Source: an uncultured Eggerthellaceae bacterium (lineage in GTDB: Bacteria; Actinomycetota; Coriobacteriia; Coriobacteriales; Eggerthellaceae). Taken from it: a stretch of 58,674 nucleotides of DNA. The position numbers and the translations under genes were made by a program. The stretch is taken from contig CAJFUR010000009.1 of NCBI GenBank assembly GCA_904420215.1, positions 1-58,674 on the forward strand, read 5' to 3'. The notes below the pieces were generated by a model, which was not told the DNA's origin, ran no database searches, and worked only from the letters and a program-made list of their open reading frames with translations. Below are positions 20,044 to 27,653 of this stretch, one piece after another. Every line of letters begins with the position of its first letter. Positions within the stretch are counted from its first letter, which is position 1.

Positions 20044-20137
20044 CGATCCGCGTCCGCGCGCGGCGGAAAACATAGCATGCTGGGCAACTTGGGCGACACG
20101 CATTACGCACGATCCGCGTCCGCGCGCGGCGGAAAAC
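20044..20137. repeat. Two identical 28-bp direct repeats separated by 38 bp
   Basis: CGATCCGCGTCCGCGCGCGGCGGAAAAC at 20044-20071 and 20110-20137. Confidence 0.85.
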
Positions 20138-20253
20138 CGCTATACTAGTGCGCGATGCCCGCAGCGCGCCGCGCCGGCGGCAGGCCCCGCGCGCCGCGCG
20201 GGCAACGGAAAACGCGCAGGCGGCAAAGCGCCGAAACGACGGAAAGAGACTCC

Positions 20254-21300
20254 ATGAGCACCGAAAGCTTCGAAGCCAACCTCAAGCGCAGCAACGAGAC
20301 GCGCGCCGACATCGCCGAAAACCCCGGCAAGTACCGCATGCTCACCGGCGACCGCCCCACGGGCAGGCTCCATCTGGGCCACTACTTCGGCAGCATCCTG
20401 AACCGCGTGCACATGCAGGACGCCGGCGTCGATTCGCTCGTGCTCATTGCCGACTACCAGGTCATCACCGACCGCGACACCACCGAGCACATACAGGACA
20501 ACGTGTACAACATGGTGATGGACTACCTGGCCGCCGGCATCGACCCCGCGAAGACCACCATCTTCACGCATTCGGCGGTGCCGGCCTTGAACCAGCTCAT
20601 GCTGCCGTTCCTCTCGCTGGTGTCCGAGGCGGAACTCGAGCGCAACCCCACCGTGAAGGCCGAGCAGGAGGCCAGCGGCCACGAACTCACGGGGCTTCTG
20701 CTCACCTACCCCGTGCACCAAGCCTGCGACATCCTGTTCTGCAAGAGCAACATCGTGCCCGTGGGCAAGGACCAGCTGCCGCACATCGAGGTCACCCGCC
20801 AGATCGCGCGGCGCTTCAACAAGCGCTACGGGCGCGTGTTCCGCGAGCCGGTGGGCATCCTGTCCGACGCCATAGAAATCCCCGGCCTCGACGGGCGCAA
20901 GATGTCGAAGAGCTACGGCAACTCCATCATGCTGGGCGCCACGCCCGAGGAGACCGCCAAGCTGATCAAGAAGAGCCGCACCGACTCCGAGCGCGCCATC
21001 ACCTTCGACAAGGAGAACCGCCCCGGCGTGGCCGCCCTGCTGACCACGGCGGCACTCACCAGCGGGCGCACCGAGGAAGACATCGCGGCCGAGATAGGCG
21101 AAGGCGGCTCCGGCGCGCTCAAGGCCTACGTGACCGAGTGCGTGAACGGCTTTCTGGCCCCCCACCGCGAGAAACGCGCCGCCTTCGAGCAGGACCTGGA
21201 CTACATCAAGGACGTCATCCACGAGGGCAACCGCCGCGCGAACGAGATAGCCAACGAGACCTTGGGCGAAGTGCGCGAGGCCATGGGCATGGTGTACTGA
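20254..21300 (+). CDS. trpS: Tryptophanyl-tRNA synthetase
   Basis: TGDRPTGRLHLGHY (HIGH), YPVHQACDIL, VPVGKDQLPHIE and KMSKS. Confidence 0.97.
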   Translation: MSTESFEANLKRSNETRADIAENPGKYRMLTGDRPTGRLHLGHYFGSILNRVHMQDAGVDSLVLIADYQVITDRDTTEHIQDNVYNMVMDYLAAGIDPAKTTIFTHSAVPALNQLMLPFLSLVSEAELERNPTVKAEQEASGHELTGLLLTYPVHQACDILFCKSNIVPVGKDQLPHIEVTRQIARRFNKRYGRVFREPVGILSDAIEIPGLDGRKMSKSYGNSIMLGATPEETAKLIKKSRTDSERAITFDKENRPGVAALLTTAALTSGRTEEDIAAEIGEGGSGALKAYVTECVNGFLAPHREKRAAFEQDLDYIKDVIHEGNRRANEIANETLGEVREAMGMVY

Positions 21301-21486
21301 CCGCGCGGGGCGCCCTCCGCCGCCCCGCGCACGCATGCACCCCGCGCCACCGCCGCCCCGCCGGGGCGCAGCCGCAGCCGCCGCCCCGCATGTGCGTGCG
21401 CCCCGCGCGCGCGTGCCCGCGCCGCCCGGCCCCGCATGCCGTCATCGGGCGGCGCGCCGGCATGTGCCGGACGCTCCTGCCGGCGG

Positions 21487-22701
21487 CTACGCAAGCAACT
21501 CCCGGCGGCGCTGCACCGCACAGGCGCCCACGACGAGCGCCACGCACGCCGCCAGCAGCACGCCGGCACACGCGAACTCCGTGCCGGCGGGCACGAAGGA
21601 GGCCGCCTGCGCATACGGGAGCTTGAAGTAGAAGGGCCCGTCGAGAAGCCACGCCCCGAACAGCGCCCCCAGCGCCACGAACAGGGGCAGCGCCTTCAAC
21701 AGCATGGCCACGTAGCTGCCGCTGAACCGCGAGAGGAACAGCGCCGCCGCCCCCGCGGCAAGCCCCAGCGCAACAAGCAGCGCCGCAAGCACTGCCAAGT
21801 ACTGCCCGAACGTCCAATCGAACCACGCGTACCCGCCCCAGACCCAGCTGTACAGGGGGCACTCCGCAAACGCGAGGGGGCCGCACGAAGCGAACAGGGC
21901 CCCGTACACCGCGAGGTTCGCACCGGAAAGCACCAGCGCCGAGAGCATGCCTGCTGCCATCTGCACGTCCACGGCGCCCCGCCCGCGCCGCGAGGCCCAC
22001 TGCAGCGGCCTCACCCGGTGCAGGCGGTCGCGCACCAGCGTCGGCGACAGCAGCAGCACCACGGAAAGCACCGTCCACACCGCCAGCCACGACCCGTAGG
22101 CCGCCGTGTTTTCCCGCACGTGCCACGGCAGGTACCCCCGCGCGCCGGCCTCCAGCTCGGCGATGCGCGCCTGCTGCGCGGGCGTGTAAGGAGAGGCTTC
22201 CGCGTCTTGCGCCGGCAGGCGCTGCGCGGCGGAGTCGTAGCAGTCCATGAACGATTGCAGTTGCTGGATGACGAAGAAATTGGTGTTGTCCATGACTTCC
22301 CAGATCAGGGCTTCTTCCGCCTGGAACGCCTCCGCCTGCTGCGGGGTCGCCTCCTGCGAGGCCGCAGCGTAGTGGGCCTCGCGAAACGCCTCGAAGGCGT
22401 CGAAGTCCGCAAGGCCGGCCCCGGAGGCCGCGGGAAGGGCCGCGGCCATGCGGCCGAACTCCTCCTGCTCCGCCGCCAGCTGCGCGTCCAGCTGCGCGCG
22501 CTCCTCCGGCTCCATGGTGGGCCCGAAGCGCGCCACCCAGCCCGCCGCGAGGTCGTAGTCCGCCTGGGCGGTGGCCCCGTTGTTGAAATGCCCAATCAGG
22601 AAGCTGGGAAACAGCAGGTAGTACAGCACGCCCAGCGCCGCTATGCACGCCACCAGTCCCGGCCGCCAGATCTTGCGCAGCTCCTGCCCTAGGAGTTCCA
22701 T
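21487..22701 (-). CDS. Putative ABC transporter permease
   Basis: MELLGQELRKIWRP start, then a TM segment, a large extracellular loop and several C-terminal TMs; overlaps the upstream permease. Confidence 0.75.
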   Translation of the reverse strand: MELLGQELRKIWRPGLVACIAALGVLYYLLFPSFLIGHFNNGATAQADYDLAAGWVARFGPTMEPEERAQLDAQLAAEQEEFGRMAAALPAASGAGLADFDAFEAFREAHYAAASQEATPQQAEAFQAEEALIWEVMDNTNFFVIQQLQSFMDCYDSAAQRLPAQDAEASPYTPAQQARIAELEAGARGYLPWHVRENTAAYGSWLAVWTVLSVVLLLSPTLVRDRLHRVRPLQWASRRGRGAVDVQMAAGMLSALVLSGANLAVYGALFASCGPLAFAECPLYSWVWGGYAWFDWTFGQYLAVLAALLVALGLAAGAAALFLSRFSGSYVAMLLKALPLFVALGALFGAWLLDGPFYFKLPYAQAASFVPAGTEFACAGVLLAACVALVVGACAVQRRRELLA

Positions 22702-24074
22702 GACACGATGTCCTTTCTCCCGAAGCGACGCGCGGCCAACACGCACGCCAGCCCGAAAAGGGCCACGCCGAAGCCCGCGCCCACGCTCTCCTGCCACGGC
22801 ACGATGGCCGAAAGCCCCCCTTCGGTGAACCACGCGGGCGCGGAAAGCCACACGTTGGTGGGCAGCAGCATGGCGGCGTAGTACGCCGGCCACCACTCCG
22901 CCGACGCGAACGCCATCCGCGCGGCCAGCGCGCCCGTGCAGAGCAGCGCGAGCGCGAGCGCGGCGGCGTACCCGTTTCTCGCCAGCATGCCGCACGCGGC
23001 CGCCATCAGGCCACATGCCGCCACCAGCGCCGCACCCAAGGCCGAGCACGCCGCAAGGTACTGCCCCACCGTGAAGTCGGCCCACGTGAGGAACGGGCGG
23101 GCGACCATCGACTCCACCCAGTAGTTCCACTGGCTCGAGACGCTGGCGCCCATCATGTGGGGCCAGTCCCACGCGAGGAAGAACCCGCCCAGCGTGGCGG
23201 CGGCCAGAAGCGCGTAGCACGCCATGCCCGCCAGAAGGCCCGCCGCCACCTTGCCGCAGGCAAGCCGCCTTCCCGTGCGCGAGGCGTAGGCAACCTGTTC
23301 CGTGCGGTGCTGGAACTCGTATCCCACGAGGTATACCATGGCGAGCATCGCGCACAGGCACGCCTCGCCCACCACTGCCGAAAGCAGCGTGCCGAACAGG
23401 AACTGGTGGGCGTCGTGGGTCGAAGGCCCCGCGTACAGGTCCCAGTCGGCCTGCACGTGCGCGAGATGCTCCACCCGCGGCTGCATCTGCGCGTACTTCC
23501 ACCGCATCATCTGGACCGCCCAGGGCGACGCCTCCACCCGCGCGGCGTAGAAGCCCGCAAGCTCCTCTTCCACGTCGTAGCCCGCGTAAAGGTCCTCCAT
23601 CGAGCGCGCGGCCGCAAGCAGCGCCTCCTCGTCGCGCGCCGGGGCCGCGGCAGCGGCGCTCCCGGCCTCCCCGGCGCCTGCGGCCGCTGCGGCCCCGGCG
23701 CTCCCGGCAGCCGCTGCATCCCCGGCGTCGCCGGTCGTCGCGTTCCCAGCATCGGCAGCCGCCGCATCCCCCGCACTCCCGGCCTCCCCGGCGGTCCCCG
23801 CGTCCTGCGCGCCCACGGCGGTTCCCGCGCCCGCGGCGTTGAAGGCCTCCGCGCCCTGCGCCCGCGCGGCGCAGCGCGCGGCGAGCGAATCCAAGAAGGC
23901 GGCATCCACCCGCTGCCCCAAGTCGGCCGTCACCGCGCCCGCGGCGTTGAAGGCGCCGCGGCCCGACGGGGACGTGGCAACCAGAAGCCCGTTGAAGGCA
24001 AGGCACAGCGCCAGAAACGCCCAGAGCGCAGGCAGGCAGGCGAGCTTGCGCAGCTCGCAGCCCGCAAGCCTCAC
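22689..24074 (-). CDS. Putative ABC transporter permease
   Basis: GTG start overlapping the ATPase stop; MRLAGCELRKLACLP; multi-TM. Confidence 0.75.
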   Translation of the reverse strand: MRLAGCELRKLACLPALWAFLALCLAFNGLLVATSPSGRGAFNAAGAVTADLGQRVDAAFLDSLAARCAARAQGAEAFNAAGAGTAVGAQDAGTAGEAGSAGDAAAADAGNATTGDAGDAAAAGSAGAAAAAGAGEAGSAAAAAPARDEEALLAAARSMEDLYAGYDVEEELAGFYAARVEASPWAVQMMRWKYAQMQPRVEHLAHVQADWDLYAGPSTHDAHQFLFGTLLSAVVGEACLCAMLAMVYLVGYEFQHRTEQVAYASRTGRRLACGKVAAGLLAGMACYALLAAATLGGFFLAWDWPHMMGASVSSQWNYWVESMVARPFLTWADFTVGQYLAACSALGAALVAACGLMAAACGMLARNGYAAALALALLCTGALAARMAFASAEWWPAYYAAMLLPTNVWLSAPAWFTEGGLSAIVPWQESVGAGFGVALFGLACVLAARRFGRKDIVSWNS

Positions 24075-25075
24075 GGCCGGCCCCCTTCCGCGCCCCCCGC
24101 GTCCGCACGCGCGCCCATGCCGCCGCCTGCCGCGCCCGCACGCGCGCCGCCGCCGTCCACATGCCCGCGCCCGCCTTTGCGACGGCCCTTCCCGGCCGCC
24201 GGCCGCGCCGAAATCCCCCGGCTCCCTTCCTCGGCGTCCCGGTACACGTACAGAAACGCGTCCTCCAGGCCGGCGGGCACGGGCACGCCGTCGGCGGGCG
24301 GCTCGTCGCACGCCACGCGCAGGACGGGCCCCGCCGCGCCCTCCCGCTCGCTCAGCAGGAACTGCCCCGGCGCAAGAGGCGCGCCGGCGGGCACTTCAAA
24401 CACCTTGCCCTCGAGCTGCGCGCAGATGCCCGCCGCGGTGTCGCAACACAGCAGCCGGCGGTCGCGCAGCATCACGATGCGCCCCGCTATGGTCTCGATG
24501 TCGGAGACGATGTGCGTGGACAGGATGACGATGCGCGCGTCGGCCAGCGAATGGACAAGGTTGCGGAACCGCACGCGCTCGCGCGGATCGAGGCCCGCCG
24601 TCGGCTCGTCCAGGATCAGGATCTCCGGGTCGTTCACCATGGCCTGCGCAATGCCCACCCGCTGCAGCATGCCGCCGGAGAACTGGCGCATCTTCTTGTC
24701 GGCCACGTCGGCAATCCCCACGGTGGCAAGCAGCCCGTCTATGCGCGCGTCCGCCTCCCTGCGCGGCACGCACTGCAGCGCGGCGACGTAGCGCAGGAAC
24801 TTCCGGGGGGTGTAGCCGGGGTAGTAGCCGAACTCCTGGGGCAAATACCCCAGGCGCGCCCGGTACGCCTCGCCCAAAGACGCAATGTCCTCGCCGTTCC
24901 ACAGTATCTGCCCCGAGGTGGGGAACAGAAGCGTGGCCAGCATCTTGATGAGCGTAGTCTTCCCCGCCCCGTTCGGCGCCAGAAGGCCGTACACGCCCGG
25001 GGAGAACGAAAGCGACACGTCCTCCAAGGCGGTGAACGCCCCGAACCGCTTCGTCACGTGCTCAACGGAAAGCAT
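24071..25075 (-). CDS. ABC transporter ATP-binding protein
   Basis: Walker A LAPNGAGKTT, signature FSGGMLQR, Walker B LILDEPTAGLD, H-loop STH. Confidence 0.95.
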   Translation of the reverse strand: MLSVEHVTKRFGAFTALEDVSLSFSPGVYGLLAPNGAGKTTLIKMLATLLFPTSGQILWNGEDIASLGEAYRARLGYLPQEFGYYPGYTPRKFLRYVAALQCVPRREADARIDGLLATVGIADVADKKMRQFSGGMLQRVGIAQAMVNDPEILILDEPTAGLDPRERVRFRNLVHSLADARIVILSTHIVSDIETIAGRIVMLRDRRLLCCDTAAGICAQLEGKVFEVPAGAPLAPGQFLLSEREGAAGPVLRVACDEPPADGVPVPAGLEDAFLYVYRDAEEGSRGISARPAAGKGRRKGGRGHVDGGGARAGAAGGGMGARADAGGAEGGRP

Positions 25076-25814
25076 AGCGAAGGCCCCCTTCCCCCGGCCA
25101 GGCGGCAAAGCGCCCGAACTCCCACAGGCAAAGCGCGAACGACGCGCCCACCACCAGCACAAACACCGCAATCGGGGCATTCAGCACAACGGCGTCGGCC
25201 CCCTCCCACGCCGCCAGCGCCGCGCCGAGCGCGCACCACGCGGCCGGCGCGGCGAAAAGCGCGCCAAGCCGGCGCGCGCGCTGGCACGCCAACGACAGAG
25301 CGGCATAGAAGAACAGACTGGAAAACGACACGCCGAGCATCCCTGCCAGGGGGGCCTCCTGTCCCTGCACGCCCCACAGCCACAGGTTCGCCGCAACGCT
25401 CGCCGCCGCCGACGCCGCGCCGAAGACGAGCATGCGCAGCGCCGCGACCGCCCGGAAAGGCAGGCGGCAGGAGCGGCGCCACTCCCACGTGCCGTCCATG
25501 CGCTCCTTCCACAGCGAAAGGAGCGTGAGCGCCGCATACAGAAACGGCGAGAACAGGAACAAAAGCGGCGCCAGCTGCCCCTCGTGCGCCGCCACGTAGC
25601 CCACCGGCGCAAGGCATGCGAGCGTTGCCGCCACGGCCAGAAACAGGCAGTCCGCCATGCCGAAGAACAGCATGGGCAGGCCGAGCGCGTGCAGCGTGCG
25701 CGAAAGCCGCGCGGGCGCGCTGGCCCGCGGCGGCAGCGCGGCCTCCACCGCAGCCGCGATCAGGCGGCTTTTCTCCCCCTCCGTCGGCAACGGGGGACGC
25801 TCCCAGTCACTCAT
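25062..25814 (-). CDS. Multi-TM membrane protein (possible anti-sigma or accessory permease)
   Basis: About 6 hydrophobic segments; overlaps both the ECF sigma stop and the ATPase start. Confidence 0.7.
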   Translation of the reverse strand: MSDWERPPLPTEGEKSRLIAAAVEAALPPRASAPARLSRTLHALGLPMLFFGMADCLFLAVAATLACLAPVGYVAAHEGQLAPLLFLFSPFLYAALTLLSLWKERMDGTWEWRRSCRLPFRAVAALRMLVFGAASAAASVAANLWLWGVQGQEAPLAGMLGVSFSSLFFYAALSLACQRARRLGALFAAPAAWCALGAALAAWEGADAVVLNAPIAVFVLVVGASFALCLWEFGRFAAWPGEGGLRYAFR

Positions 25815-26376
25815 GCGCACCGAACTCCTCTCTCAGCCTCTTCACCAGCCGGTAGTACTGCGACTTCACCGCCGACTCGCTCTGCCCCAGCGTCTCGGCG
25901 ATTTCCGGGAAGCTCTTCTCGGCAAACAGGCGCAATCTGAACACGGCCTGCGCGCGGGGGTCGAGCGTGGAGACGAACGCCTCCACCTGCTCCACGAAAA
26001 GCCGGTTGCGCACCTGCGCCGAGAAGTCCCCCGAGGCGGGCACCTCCACGCCGTCGAGCGGCACGGCGGCGGGACGCGCGCGGCGGCGGGCGTCGATGGC
26101 CTTGTTGGCGGCAACCCGGTACAGCCACGTGCGAAACGACGCCTTCCTGCGGTCGAACGTGGGAAGCGAGCGCAGCGCCGCCATGAAGATGCCCTGCGTG
26201 AGGTCGAGGGCGTCCTCCTTGCAGCCGGTCTGCCGGTAGGCGAACACGTAGATCTCGTCGTAGTAGGCGCCCACGAGCTTCTCGGCCGCCGCGCGCGAGC
26301 CGCGCCTGCAGGCGGCGCGCACCCACCGCGCGTCGCGCCGCGCGTCGCGCGCAGCGCCCTCGGCTTCCCGTTCCAC
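25807..26376 (-). CDS. ECF-family RNA polymerase sigma factor
   Basis: SD AGGAGG then GTG at 26376; region 2 DALDLTQGIF...SFRTWLYRVAANKAID; region 4 SFPEIAETLGQSESAVKSQYYR. Confidence 0.93.
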   Translation of the reverse strand: MEREAEGAARDARRDARWVRAACRRGSRAAAEKLVGAYYDEIYVFAYRQTGCKEDALDLTQGIFMAALRSLPTFDRRKASFRTWLYRVAANKAIDARRRARPAAVPLDGVEVPASGDFSAQVRNRLFVEQVEAFVSTLDPRAQAVFRLRLFAEKSFPEIAETLGQSESAVKSQYYRLVKRLREEFGAHE

Positions 26377-26596
26377 CGCCTCACCTCCTTCATGGAATAT
26401 ATTCGGACATGCCCGCGCAATCGTTGCAGGGAATTTCGAAAACGGGGAATTTCTTCGAAAGGATGCGGAATGGTGGACAGGCGTGGCAGACATGGCACAG
26501 CACCGGGGGAGGAAGGAAGCGGCACGGGACACGGCAGCCGACAGGTCGTTGGAAGCGCCCTCTGCAGCCGCGCGCCCCGCAAGAGAGCCGGAAAGC

Positions 26597-26779
26597 CGAG
26601 AAAGAAGCCGTTTGCCAATCAGGAAAATGGGGGGTCATGGAACACGGGGCAGGCCGAGGAAACGGGCCGCAGGTTCGCAATCGGGGAAAACCTGTGCCAT
26701 TTTCGACCGGTTTCTGGTCGCAACGCGCCGTGGACGCAAAGAGGCCGGAAGCAACTAGGCTTCCGGCCTCGCGTTTTCT
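26597..26779 (-). repeat. tRNA 3'-associated ~180 bp repeat, copy 2
   Basis: Begins right after the CCA of tRNA-Ile2; shares GAAAACGCGAGGCCGGAAG...CTTCCGGCCTCTTT and CCCGATTGCGAACCTGCGGCCCGTTT with copy 1. Confidence 0.85.
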
Positions 26780-26854
26780 TGGTGGGCCCTGCAGGACTCG
26801 AACCTGCAACCAAGGGATTATGAGTCCCCTGCTCCGCCATTGAGCTAAGGGCCC
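26780..26854 (-). tRNA. tRNA with CAT anticodon, most likely tRNA-Ile2 (lysidine type)
   Basis: GGGCCCTTAGCTCAATGGCGGAGCAGGGGACTCATAATCCCTTGGTTGCAGGTTCGAGTCCTGCAGGGCCCACCA. G1-C72 is paired, so it is not an initiator, and the loop CTCATAA followed by T resembles ileX-type tRNAs. Confidence 0.9.
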
Positions 26855-27014
26855 ACGCGCATGCACGGGGCGGGTGCGCCGTAGCGCCCGCCGAAAGCGC
26901 CCCGCTATTCTATCCCAAATGCCCGCCCTTTGCCAAGAGGCGCTTTGCAGAGCAGGCCGCCGAAAGGCGGCCCGTCGCGGGACAGGCCGCCCACATACCC
27001 CCGCAGTCGGGACT

Positions 27015-27161
27015 TCCCGCCACTTTTTCGCCGATTCCCGACATCGCGCGCACCCGAACTCGGCAATGAAGAATCCCGACCTGCCCCTTTGCAGGACATC
27101 GGCCGCTTTCGACCGCCAAAGGGCCACGGTACATGCGGGAATCGCCAAAAAAGTGGCGGGA
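27015..27161. repeat. 26-bp inverted repeats (24/26) enclosing ~95 bp
   Basis: TCCCGCCACTTTTTCGCCGATTCCCG (27015-27040) and CGGGAATCGCCAAAAAAGTGGCGGGA (27136-27161). Confidence 0.75.
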
Positions 27162-27337
27162 GGGCCGTCCCGCAGAGCACCCGCCGCCCGGTGCCGCGGC
27201 GCCTTTTCCCATCGCCATCCACCACCGACGCAGGCAGCGCCACGCCTGGCGTCCCGACGCCTCGCCTGCCACGGCGGGCGGCAACGCCCGACGCCTCTGC
27301 GTGCGGGAGAAATTTCGGCTCCCTGCGCATTTCGGTA

Positions 27338-27365
27338 TTGCCAAACCGAAAGGTTCCGGTATAAT
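27338..27365 (+). promoter_or_regulatory. Promoter for tRNA-Asn
   Basis: TTGCCA, 16-nt spacer, TATAAT. Confidence 0.75.
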
Positions 27366-27397
27366 AACCACTTGCGCAATCAGGCGCAACCGAATAT

Positions 27398-27472
27398 TCC
27401 TCGGTAGCTCAACGGCAGAGCATCCGGCTGTTAACCGGAGGGTTGTAGGTTCGAATCCTACCCGGGGAGCCA
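27398..27472 (+). tRNA. tRNA-Asn(GTT)
   Basis: Anticodon arm TCCGG-CTGTTAA-CCGGA, GGTTCGAATCC, GCCA end. Confidence 0.97.
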
Positions 27473-27483
27473 TAGGCAACCAC

Positions 27484-27516
27484 TTCAGCCCCTTTTCTCA
27501 GGGGCTGAATTTTTTC
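27484..27516 (+). terminator. Terminator after tRNA-Asn
   Basis: TTCAGCCCC-TTTTCTCA-GGGGCTGAA followed by a T-run. Confidence 0.85.
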
Positions 27517-27653
27517 CATTCCCCGTTTCTCTCCGTCGCACATGCGCAACCCGACGCGCCTCCTGTCGCACGTGCGCGGCCCGACGCGCTCGCTCCGGGT
27601 TCGACGGCAAGGGGGTCAAACCCAGCCCGCTCCCGTTCCCGCATTCCCGGCCG

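Noticed and set aside
19977-20213. True CRISPR array
   Set aside because: Only two exact repeats, no cas genes and no AT-rich leader; kept only as a low-confidence finding.
19640-20253. T-box riboswitch upstream of trpS
   Set aside because: No recognisable T-box antiterminator motif (AAGGGTGGNACCGCG-like) or terminator was seen.
26780-26854. Initiator tRNA-fMet
   Set aside because: The 1-72 position is paired and the overall sequence fits Ile2 better; elongator Met cannot be fully excluded.
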